From the NCBI GenBank assembly GCA_964565945.1, contig CAZMGY010000012.1, positions 107,778 to 139,777 of the forward strand: DNA of 32,000 nt, in the 5' to 3' direction. This DNA is from an uncultured bacterium. Lineage in GTDB: Bacteria > GCA-001730085. The position numbers were made by a program, and so were the translations under genes. The notes below the pieces were generated by a model. The model had not been told where the DNA came from. It saw only the letters and a list, made by a program, of their open reading frames with translations, and did not search any database. How positions within the stretch are numbered: the stretch's first letter is position 1; every line of letters begins with the position of its first letter. Below, piece by piece: positions 8,773-16,273 of the stretch.

Positions 8773-9879
8773 TTACACAATGAGATTTTTTGAATCAATA
8801 TCGAAGAAGTGAATCTTGCTCATATCTAAGACAAATTCAATTTCTTGATTGATAGATACTTGGCTATTGGAATTCACTTTGGCAATCACAGTTTCTCCCA
8901 ACACTTTCAAATAAAGAAAAATCTCTGCACCCATAGGTTCAATCATCTCGACGCGTGCTTTAAAAATGTTGTCGGTTGGGTTGTCTGTGACGAAGAGTTT
9001 GTCGTAAATATCCTCAGGACGCACACCAAAGGTAACTTTTCTATTGGCATAAGGTGTCAGTTTTTCTTCCATGTCTTTAATGATGCGAACTTTAAAGTTA
9101 TCTTGCAAGCCCTGGAAGTAAAGACCCTTTTTATCTTTCACAACAAGACCTGCTAAAAAGTTCATGGGTGGGGTGCCGATAAAGCTGGCAACAAATTTAT
9201 TGGAAGGGTTTTGATAGAGGGGAATAGGAGCATCAACCTGTTGAATGATACCATCCTTCATAACAACGATACGATCACCCATTGTCATGGCCTCAGCCTG
9301 ATCGTGAGTTACGTAGATCATTGTGGCTTTAAGACGAGTATGAAGTTTGCTCAATTCGCTACGCATTTCGGTTCTCATTTTAGCATCCAAGTTACTCAAA
9401 GGTTCATCGAACAAGAAGACTTTGGGTTTACGCACAATGGCACGACCTACCGCGACGCGCTGGCGTTGACCACCAGACAATTGGCGAGGTTTGCGATGCA
9501 ACAATTCGGTGATATTAAGAATTTCAGAGGCTTCTTGCACACGATGGTGAATTTCGGTTTTGGGATAGTTGCGTAGTTTGAGACCAAAAGCCATGTTATC
9601 AAAAACAGTCATGTGTGGGTAAAGGGCATAATTTTGAAAAACCATAGCAATATCGCGATTTTTAGGCGAAACATGGTTGATCAGGGTATCCTCGATGAAC
9701 ATTTCGCCCGAAGAGATATCTTCTAGTCCAGCCACCATGCGAAGGGTTGTAGATTTTCCACAGCCCGAAGGTCCGACCAAAACTACAAATTCTTCATCTT
9801 TGATTTCCAAATTTACATTTTTGACAGCATGAAAATCATCGTAAAACTTATCGACATTATTGAGCAATACGCGAGCCAT
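8773..9879 (-). CDS. Sugar ABC transporter ATP-binding protein (MalK/UgpC/MsmX type)
   Basis: It carries Walker A GPSGCGKST, the Q-loop, the signature LSGGQRQRVA, Walker B VFLFDEPLSNLD, the H-loop THD, and a C-terminal MalK-type regulatory/TOBE-like region. I place the start at the ATG at 9879 (MARVLLNNV...), preceded by GAGGAGAAG. The track's TTG at 9939 lies upstream of the transcription start implied by the promoter predicted at 9942-9970. Confidence 0.93.
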   Translation of the reverse strand: MARVLLNNVDKFYDDFHAVKNVNLEIKDEEFVVLVGPSGCGKSTTLRMVAGLEDISSGEMFIEDTLINHVSPKNRDIAMVFQNYALYPHMTVFDNMAFGLKLRNYPKTEIHHRVQEASEILNITELLHRKPRQLSGGQRQRVAVGRAIVRKPKVFLFDEPLSNLDAKMRTEMRSELSKLHTRLKATMIYVTHDQAEAMTMGDRIVVMKDGIIQQVDAPIPLYQNPSNKFVASFIGTPPMNFLAGLVVKDKKGLYFQGLQDNFKVRIIKDMEEKLTPYANRKVTFGVRPEDIYDKLFVTDNPTDNIFKARVEMIEPMGAEIFLYLKVLGETVIAKVNSNSQVSINQEIEFVLDMSKIHFFDIDSKNLIV

Positions 9880-9941
9880 GGGGGGGGGCTTCTCCTCTTC
9901 ACCAAAAGTCACACACCTAAATAATTTAAATATACCCAACT

Positions 9942-9970
9942 ATTATAATCAATTGTTAATTTTTAGTCAA
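9942..9970 (-). promoter_or_regulatory. Sigma70-type promoter for the ABC ATPase gene
   Basis: The minus strand reads TTGACT-N17-TATAAT (-35 at 9970-9965, -10 at 9947-9942). The -10 element is perfect and the spacing is optimal. Confidence 0.5.
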
Positions 9971-10112
9971 ATATGATTTCCTATTCATGCTGGAGTGAGT
10001 CGTTTTTAAGTCAGTCCAGGACAGAGCCGATCAACCCCTAATTTAGGGATCAATGAGTAGATCCCGTGGTTAAGCCAGGGGATGAGGAAGTTTGATAGCA
10101 TAGGTGTTTTCT

Positions 10113-11927
10113 TTAGCCTTGCCGTTTTTTCTTTTTGCGCTCATTTTCATCCAGAATGGCTTTGCGTAAACGAATATTCTCAGGAGTCACTTCCACCAAT
10201 TCATCATCATTTATAAAAGCAATGCATTGTTCCAAAGACATAAGGGGTGGAGGAGTTAGTGTGATATTGTCGTCTGAGCCTGATGCACGTACGTTGGTCA
10301 ACTTTTTACCTTTGGAGGGATTCACCACCATATCTTCTTCACGGGAGTTTTCTCCAATAATTTGACCTTTGTAGACATTGATGGCTGGACCTAAAAAGAG
10401 CTTGGCCCGATCTTGCAAATTGGACAGTGCGTAGCTATTGGTGGTTCCATTTTCCATCACGATGATAGCCCCATTTTTACGATTTTTGATGTCACCAGCA
10501 TAGGGACCGTATTCACTAAAAACGTAGTTCATTTGTCCCATCCCTTTGGTGTCTGTCATAAACTCGGACTTGAAACCAAGTAGTCCACGGGTTGGAATTT
10601 TGTACTTAATGCGTGTTAGGTCACGGTCTTGCTCCATTGAAAGCAAGTGCCCTTTACGTGTGCCAAGGTTTTCGATCACTTTGCCGCTGTATTCGTCATC
10701 GACATCAACGGTGAGCTCTTCGTAGGGTTCGAGGCGTTGACCTTCTTCTTCCTTAAAAATTACTTTGGGGCGTGTGACTTGAAATTCGTAACCTTCACGT
10801 CGCATTTTTTCGATCAGTACAGATAAATGCAATTCTCCACGTCCAGCCACTTCAAAACCAACTGTCTCTTTAAGCTCGGTCACTTTAAGCGCAATGTCGG
10901 TGAGTGTCTCTTTCTCCAAACGATCTTTGATATGGCGAGAAGTGACATAATCGCCTTCACGACCAGAAAAAGGCGAATCATTCGGAATAAAATGCATCGT
11001 CAGCGTGGGGGGATCAATGAGAACCGCAGGAAGTGGTTGAGGGTTTTGCGGGTCTGTTACCGTTTGACCTACGGTGATGGATTCTACTCCAGCAATAGCA
11101 ACAACATCACCAGCTTGTGCGTTATCAATCTCTTTCATGTCGTTGCCCTTGAAGTGATAAATTTTAGTGATGCGACAGGCTGTTCTCGCTTCATCATCAC
11201 CGCTTGTTACTAAAATTTCTTGATTTATTTTGAGGGTGCCTTGGAAAATACGCCCAATAGCTAAGCGACCCAGAAAGGAAGAATAACTGATTGAACTGAT
11301 CAAAAGTTGCAAGGGTTGATCAAGAGCTCCTTGAGGTGCCAGAACTTCTTTGACAATAGTATCAAAGAGGGGTTCCATGTTAACGTTTTCGTCTTCGAGT
11401 CTGTATTTGGCATAACCATCGCGAGCCGAAGCATACATGAGCGGAAAGTCTAAAAGTTCATCTGGAGCGTCCAGTTGAACCATAAGGTCGAAAACTTGAT
11501 CGTGGACCCAGTCGCAACGCGACGCTGGCTTATCTATCTTATTGATCACAACGATTACTTTAAGTTTGAGTGCTAAGGCCTTTTTTAAAACAAAATAGGT
11601 TTGAGGCATCGGGCCTTCGGCCGCATCCACCAAAAGAAGAACTGCATCGGCCATTTGCAAAACGCGCTCGACTTGTCCACCAAAATCGGCGTGGCCCGGG
11701 GTGTCGATGATATTGATGCGGTGCCCTTTGTAATCAAAGGAGCCATTTTTGGCTGTGATCGTGATTCCGCGTTCACGCTCTTGATCCATGGAGTCCATCA
11801 TGCGTTCAGCAACATTTTGATTGTTGCGGAACAGACCACTTTGGCGAAAAAGCTGATCCACAAGTGTTGTTTTACCGTGGTCAACGTGGGCAATAATGGC
11901 AATATTACGGATATCGGACTGGTTCAC
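10113..11927 (-). CDS. typA: Translational GTPase TypA/BipA
   Basis: The N terminus [19 protein letters not shown] carries G1, followed by DTPGHADF (G3) and NKID (G4). At 604 aa it shows the EF-G-like domain order typical of BipA. The start is a GTG at 11927, preceded by AAAGGAG. Confidence 0.95.
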   Translation of the reverse strand: MNQSDIRNIAIIAHVDHGKTTLVDQLFRQSGLFRNNQNVAERMMDSMDQERERGITITAKNGSFDYKGHRINIIDTPGHADFGGQVERVLQMADAVLLLVDAAEGPMPQTYFVLKKALALKLKVIVVINKIDKPASRCDWVHDQVFDLMVQLDAPDELLDFPLMYASARDGYAKYRLEDENVNMEPLFDTIVKEVLAPQGALDQPLQLLISSISYSSFLGRLAIGRIFQGTLKINQEILVTSGDDEARTACRITKIYHFKGNDMKEIDNAQAGDVVAIAGVESITVGQTVTDPQNPQPLPAVLIDPPTLTMHFIPNDSPFSGREGDYVTSRHIKDRLEKETLTDIALKVTELKETVGFEVAGRGELHLSVLIEKMRREGYEFQVTRPKVIFKEEEGQRLEPYEELTVDVDDEYSGKVIENLGTRKGHLLSMEQDRDLTRIKYKIPTRGLLGFKSEFMTDTKGMGQMNYVFSEYGPYAGDIKNRKNGAIIVMENGTTNSYALSNLQDRAKLFLGPAINVYKGQIIGENSREEDMVVNPSKGKKLTNVRASGSDDNITLTPPPLMSLEQCIAFINDDELVEVTPENIRLRKAILDENERKKKKRQG

Positions 11928-11963
11928 ATTTAAACTCCTTTTATTATAGATAATTTACTAACA

Positions 11964-11992
11964 ATTTTACGTTAAACCTGGTGCGGGGTCAA
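11964..11992 (-). promoter_or_regulatory. Sigma70-type promoter for typA
   Basis: The minus strand reads TTGACC-N17-TAAAAT (-35 at 11992-11987, -10 at 11969-11964), about 40 nt upstream of the typA start. Confidence 0.45.
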
Positions 11993-12477
11993 GCATGGAT
12001 TTAGTGTGAAACTTTTACACTTCACACGAGATTAAGAGATGTGTTGTAGAATACAAGACCGTTGCAAAATAAATTAAAACCTACCCAGACACCCTCAATT
12101 ATCACATTTTTCTAAAATATAACGATTTTTTCTTATTTTTTAACTTGTCTTTGCCTGTTTTTTCCCAAAATCATCTAAATAATGTTACTTTGGGCGCAAC
12201 TCTGCATCTCGTTCACGCACAATACACTTGCTTTGCCATTAAGTTCGGTATTTGGCCATGTTTATCTTTACGGGTTCTATGAGTAATAAATGGTTGAGAG
12301 AATTAGAGGGTTTGCTTCTTTATTTACTATAGGTTTATTTGATCAAATAGGTATTTTTTGGGTGATATTTTGCAATGATCTTAATAATTATTGCCCCCCA
12401 TGCCCATCCATTCAGGTATAATGAATCTATATTGTTGGAGTTGTTATTGGATTAAGTAAAAAAAAGGAAATGATGAT

Positions 12478-12885
12478 ATGAGGATGAGCAAAACGATACC
12501 ATTATTAGGTTTTATTTTTTTTATCTCGACTTGTTTTACAGGATGCTCAACAGTAATGGCCGTTAAAGGTTCCGATAGAAAAGATCTATCCGTTATTGCA
12601 ATCGGAGCAAGCAGAGATAGTGTGATAGCAGAACTAGGCTCCCCTATATTTTCAGAAAAAACAGAAACTGAGTATTATGACATTTTTAATTTTAAGCAGG
12701 GTTCAGGTAAATTTTTAGCCGCAGGGAAAAGTTTGTTATATGGTACAGCAGCCGTATGTACTATTGGACTATCGGAAGTGATTGCTACTCCCTTAGAAGG
12801 ATCATTAAATAACAAAAAAGTTAAACTAAAGATTTTCTACGACGAAAAAAGAAATGTCAAAGAAATTGTTAATATGACAGTCTAA
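12478..12885 (+). CDS. Putative lipoprotein (135 aa)
   Basis: It has a signal peptide plus lipobox, IFFISTCFTGC|S. AAGGAAA lies upstream of the ATG cluster. An AT-rich hairpin (TAGTTTTTT-N6-AAAAAACTA, 12886-12909) follows the stop. No confident family assignment was possible. Confidence 0.55.
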   Translation: MRMSKTIPLLGFIFFISTCFTGCSTVMAVKGSDRKDLSVIAIGASRDSVIAELGSPIFSEKTETEYYDIFNFKQGSGKFLAAGKSLLYGTAAVCTIGLSEVIATPLEGSLNNKKVKLKIFYDEKRNVKEIVNMTV

Positions 12886-13043
12886 TAGTTTTTTCAACGT
12901 AAAAAACTACTTAACCACTATTTTTTTTACTTAAAGCAGTATATTAATGTCTCTTAACACTTGATTAAGCAAGCCGTGGTATTCTGCTTGGCATTCAATC
13001 ATTAGCAGCAAAATTGCCACAAGGCATTTGTTTTGCCCCAAAA

Positions 13044-13973
13044 TCATCTTTTAACCCTTATAATAGGATTTTCACTATCCTCTGCTCTTTTGATTTGGGT
13101 TCTTTGCACGATTAAATCAAAAACTTTGCCTTTGTTGTCTTTAACATCAATAAAATGTTGCCTTTTAAAGATGGTTTGCGCCTCAACATCATTTCCTTGT
13201 TTATCAAGTAAAGGCTGCCACTTATTATTTTTATCAAGCATAATATCTTTGAGGGATTTGCACATCTTTGCTCTAATGGCAAATTCAATGTTGTTGTCAA
13301 AATAATACTCAATGATTTTGCCTTGATAGCCAGCAGTATCAATACGCAACTTATTTACCTTGACACCCTAAGGCAAAGCACTTTAACAGTGTTTTAATAA
13401 ACCAAAGATTGTCTTTTGCTGGTGAAGTATTGCCCGCCCTAAAGTCGGTGGCTACTATTATGCCCTGCTTGGGCAATGTGGCCCAGCATTGGCATATAGC
13501 CCTTGTGTTTTTTATAACTCCATTGGGCATCGGCTTTATTGGCAATCACCTCAGAGGCATCAATATCAAGCGTAATATTTTTACAGTTGTGCAAGGTGGC
13601 AGCGAGCAAAGTTTTATTAACTTCTGATAAGGCTCTAATACCTTGATTGTTTTTACCCAAGCCTCTTAAGCAACTACCAAAATGCCTTGTGGTCTTGGTC
13701 TTTTTTGTTGAAGCAGTAAAAATAAGGCTTTGTCTTTGGCAATATGGATGGTGTCATCCAGACATTTCCCACCTTCGTGTTGACTTAGTAGTAAGGTATT
13801 GATAAAAGTTGAAACTTTAAGAGCAGTATTGCTATTTAAAGCAGAGAAGTGCTGGTCAATGGCTTTTTTTTATCAAGGGTAAGTGATTGCATTAAATGTG
13901 CGGGTGCTAACAAGCCTGTGTGGGCAATTAGAAGTTCGTTGGTGGGGGTGAGTTTATAGTTTAAAATATTCAT
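13044..13973 (-). pseudogene. Degraded DDE transposase gene, IS1380-family-like (remnant of an insertion sequence)
   Basis: Minus-strand translation from the ATG at 13973 gives MNILNYKLTPTNELLIAHTGLL..., then an in-frame stop near 13668. It continues in other frames as ...NITLDIDASEVIANKADAQWSYKKHKGYMPMLGHIAQ (first DDE Asp block), GIIVATDFRAGNTSPAKDNLWFIK, and LRIDTAGYQGKIIEYYFDNNIEFAIRA (second Asp block). There are at least three frame changes or stops, and the C-terminal third, with the catalytic Glu, is missing or heavily deleted. A further fragment may extend to ~12921. Confidence 0.65.
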
Positions 13974-14055
13974 AAGCACAGAAGTTTGGTTAATGCTTAG
14001 GTTGAAAGCATTATACCAGTTGGAATTTCTGCGCTTTTTTGTTTTCTATTTTTGG

Positions 14056-14109
14056 AATACCCCCCCCCTCCCCGTTGATTGATTTTATCAACCGGGAGGG
14101 GGGGGTATT
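14056..14109. terminator. Long G/C-homopolymer hairpin; intrinsic-terminator-like on the + strand
   Basis: AATA-C9-T-C4-GTTGAT (14056-14079) pairs with ATCAAC-C-GGG-A-G8-TATT (14087-14109) around a 7-nt loop, giving a stem of ~22 bp with one mismatch and one bulged C. It is followed on the + strand by TTTTTAT. It sits between the IS remnant and the stop of the cyclophilin gene at 14127. Confidence 0.5.
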
Positions 14110-14126
14110 TTTTATCTGGTATGCGA

Positions 14127-14696
14127 TTAACGTTGAATGATTACACGGCGGATCACAACATTGTTCAAAGGACGGTTTTGACGGCCAGTAGGTACGGAAC
14201 CAATTGATTGCAGCGTTTGGTTTCCACGAATCAATTGACCAAAGATGGTGTAACCTCCATCAAGCCAAGGCGCGGGTTCAAGGGTGATGTAAAACTGAGA
14301 ACCAGCTGTGTTAGGTCCACGATGAGCCATGGCCAAAATACCCATTTTATCGTGTTTAAGATTGGGATGGATTTCGTCATTAATATTGTACCCAGGCCCT
14401 CCTGTTCCATTTCCAGAAGGATCCCCACCTTGAATCATAAAGTCCTTGATAACACGGTGAAAAATAAGGCCATCATAAAATCCTGCTTCGGACAATTTAA
14501 TGAAGTTTTCAACCGTTTCGGGTGCTTTATCAGCATAGAGTTCCAAAACCATTGGTCCCATATTGGTTTCCAAAACAGCTACGGGGTTGTAGACAGGTTT
14601 GTTTCTTGTATCCTCTGTCACGGCATTTTTGCGATTACGTGGCGCACACCCAATAAAGGCCATAATAGCAAGAACAGCACACCATTTTTTTATCAT
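14127..14696 (-). CDS. Peptidyl-prolyl cis-trans isomerase, cyclophilin type, lipoprotein form
   Basis: Cyclophilin motifs are FHRVIKDFMIQGGDP, GTGGPGY and MAHRGPNTAGSQFYITL. The N terminus LAIMAFIGC carries a lipobox. Confidence 0.92.
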   Translation of the reverse strand: MIKKWCAVLAIMAFIGCAPRNRKNAVTEDTRNKPVYNPVAVLETNMGPMVLELYADKAPETVENFIKLSEAGFYDGLIFHRVIKDFMIQGGDPSGNGTGGPGYNINDEIHPNLKHDKMGILAMAHRGPNTAGSQFYITLEPAPWLDGGYTIFGQLIRGNQTLQSIGSVPTGRQNRPLNNVVIRRVIIQR

Positions 14697-14845
14697 TTTC
14701 TCTTCTCCTTTTATATTTTAGGTAGAAATGGATTCATACACACAAGATATGGTAACATGACCTAGAATAAATTAACAAATTAAGAGTGTGTTCTTTGTTC
14801 CGAAATTTATTGAAATAAAAGTTCAAAAATAAGGAAAGACCTCCT

Positions 14846-15493
14846 ATGATGAGTCCAGAGAAAATTGTTGAATTGAATCGTGAATATCAAGATCATGGAA
14901 TTCATGAGCATGAAATGAAAAGTAATCCTTTTGAGCAATTCCATCAATGGTTTAAAGAGATGGTTCGCGTTGATTCTCTCAGTGCTAATGCGATGGTTCT
15001 TGCAACAGCCAATGCTCACGGCCAATGCTCGGTGCGTACAGTTTTGCTTAAGCGTTATGATGACCGAGGGTTTGTTTTTTATACCAATTACAACAGTGAT
15101 AAAGCCAAAGAAATTCAGGTAAATCCTTGGGTGGCCGTTAATTTTCATTGGCCACAATTGCAACGTGATATTCGCATTGCAGGTGAAATCCAAAAGTTGG
15201 ATCAGGAAACGTCTCGGGATTATTTTTATAGTCGTCCTCGAAAAAGTCAAATTGCAGCTTGGGCGTCTCAACAAAGTGGTTTGTTGGAGAGTCGAGCGGC
15301 CTTGGAACAGCTTTTTCAGGAAACGAGTGCCTTGCATGAAGGTCAAGAGATTCCTTATCCTGAGTTTTGGGGAGGATATCTGATCATTCCTCAAAGGTTT
15401 GAATTTTGGCAAGGGCGCAGTAATCGTTTACATGATCGCATTGTTTATACCCATGGGTCGGACTCTTGGATGAAACAGCGTTTCGCTCCCTAA
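14846..15493 (+). CDS. pdxH: Pyridoxamine 5'-phosphate oxidase
   Basis: Supporting motifs are RTVLLKRYDDRGFVFYTNYNSDKAKEI, YFYSRPRKSQIAAWASQQS, FWGGYLIIP..FEFWQGRSNRLHDR and the C-terminal RFAP. AAGGAAAG lies upstream. Confidence 0.92.
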   Translation: MMSPEKIVELNREYQDHGIHEHEMKSNPFEQFHQWFKEMVRVDSLSANAMVLATANAHGQCSVRTVLLKRYDDRGFVFYTNYNSDKAKEIQVNPWVAVNFHWPQLQRDIRIAGEIQKLDQETSRDYFYSRPRKSQIAAWASQQSGLLESRAALEQLFQETSALHEGQEIPYPEFWGGYLIIPQRFEFWQGRSNRLHDRIVYTHGSDSWMKQRFAP

Positions 15494-15497
15494 GTTA

Positions 15498-16253
15498 ATG
15501 AAGACTGCTATCAAGACTTTTTCTATCGGTGACTTATCGTTTGATTACACATGGAATCGTCGAAAACGGCGTAAATATGTTTCTTTAAAAGTCGAAGCTA
15601 ACAATTGCGTGGTTGTTCAATTGCCTTGGATTTGTTCTCGTCAAAATATTCCTCGCATTTTAAAGCGGCACAAAGATTGGATTAAAGATCAGTTTCAAAA
15701 AAACACTCAAAGAGGCCTTTATCGTTCTAAGCAATGGGTCGAAGGCGAGGTGTTTGACTTTTTGGGTTACAGCTATGTGCTGAAGTTAAATTCTCAAATA
15801 ATGCCTCGTCTTTTTGATTTGCAACGGCAGTCCGTTGTTGTGCAAGGATCGTCGTGGTTTTTGAATATAGATATAGCTTGGAGCCAAGCAGAGACAGAAG
15901 CGTGGTTAGCTAAAAAAATAGAGCGCCATTACCGCCGTGAGGCGGAACATTTTTTAGTGCAGAGATGTCACCATTATGCTCAGATGCTGGATGTACAACC
16001 CCATTCGATCCGCATACGGGCCCTTAAGTCTCGTTGGGGGAGTTGCTCACTTATAGGTGACCTTGTTTTCAATTGGAAGTTGATGATGGCTCCAGTTTCT
16101 ATTGTGAATTATGTGGTGATTCACGAACTTTGTCATATTCATGAGCATAATCATTCGCCTCAGTTTTGGTCTTGGGTCGAGCTGATTGACCCCGATTATT
16201 GTGAACATAAAAGATGGTTGAAAGAACAGGGACACTTGTTGGATTTGTTTTAA
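15498..16253 (+). CDS. YgjP-like (DUF45/M48 family) zinc metallopeptidase
   Basis: The C-terminal block RWGSCSLIGDLVFNWKLMMAPVSIVNYVVIHELCHIHEHNHSPQFW contains the HExxH motif and the NHS..FW signature of this family. The gene starts 4 nt after the pdxH stop. Confidence 0.85.
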   Translation: MKTAIKTFSIGDLSFDYTWNRRKRRKYVSLKVEANNCVVVQLPWICSRQNIPRILKRHKDWIKDQFQKNTQRGLYRSKQWVEGEVFDFLGYSYVLKLNSQIMPRLFDLQRQSVVVQGSSWFLNIDIAWSQAETEAWLAKKIERHYRREAEHFLVQRCHHYAQMLDVQPHSIRIRALKSRWGSCSLIGDLVFNWKLMMAPVSIVNYVVIHELCHIHEHNHSPQFWSWVELIDPDYCEHKRWLKEQGHLLDLF

Positions 16254-16273
16254 AACTGCGTTAGAATACCCTC

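Noticed and set aside
8845-9576. Plus-strand ORFs of 103 aa and 121 aa inside the ABC ATPase gene
   Set aside because: They are antisense to a gene with complete Walker A, signature and Walker B motifs, and no independent coding evidence supports them.
9971-10112. GC-richer patch between typA and the ATPase gene with small palindromes (CCCTA-AAT-TAGGG, GTCC-T-GGAC), checked as a possible tRNA or sRNA
   Set aside because: I could build no cloverleaf, there is no T-loop (GTTCGAATC-like) or anticodon-arm geometry, and the stems are only 4-5 bp. It is most simply the typA 3' region plus the promoter-upstream sequence.
10135-11933. Several 63-128-aa ORFs on both strands within typA
   Set aside because: All are embedded in, or antisense to, the unmistakable TypA/BipA frame.
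12164-12176. The 13-mer CCCAAAATCATCT, repeated at 13037-13049 next to the IS remnant, with loosely similar flanks; a possible second IS fragment
   Set aside because: A handful of 13-mer coincidences are expected by chance in 32 kb of AT-rich DNA, and the flanking similarity fades within ~25 nt. This is not enough to call a repeat without a proper alignment.
14208-15412. A 185-aa plus-strand ORF antisense to the cyclophilin gene and a 201-aa minus-strand ORF antisense to pdxH
   Set aside because: Both overlap well-supported conserved genes almost completely. Their translations have no recognisable features and are Ile/Phe/Asn-rich, as expected for antisense frames in AT-rich DNA.
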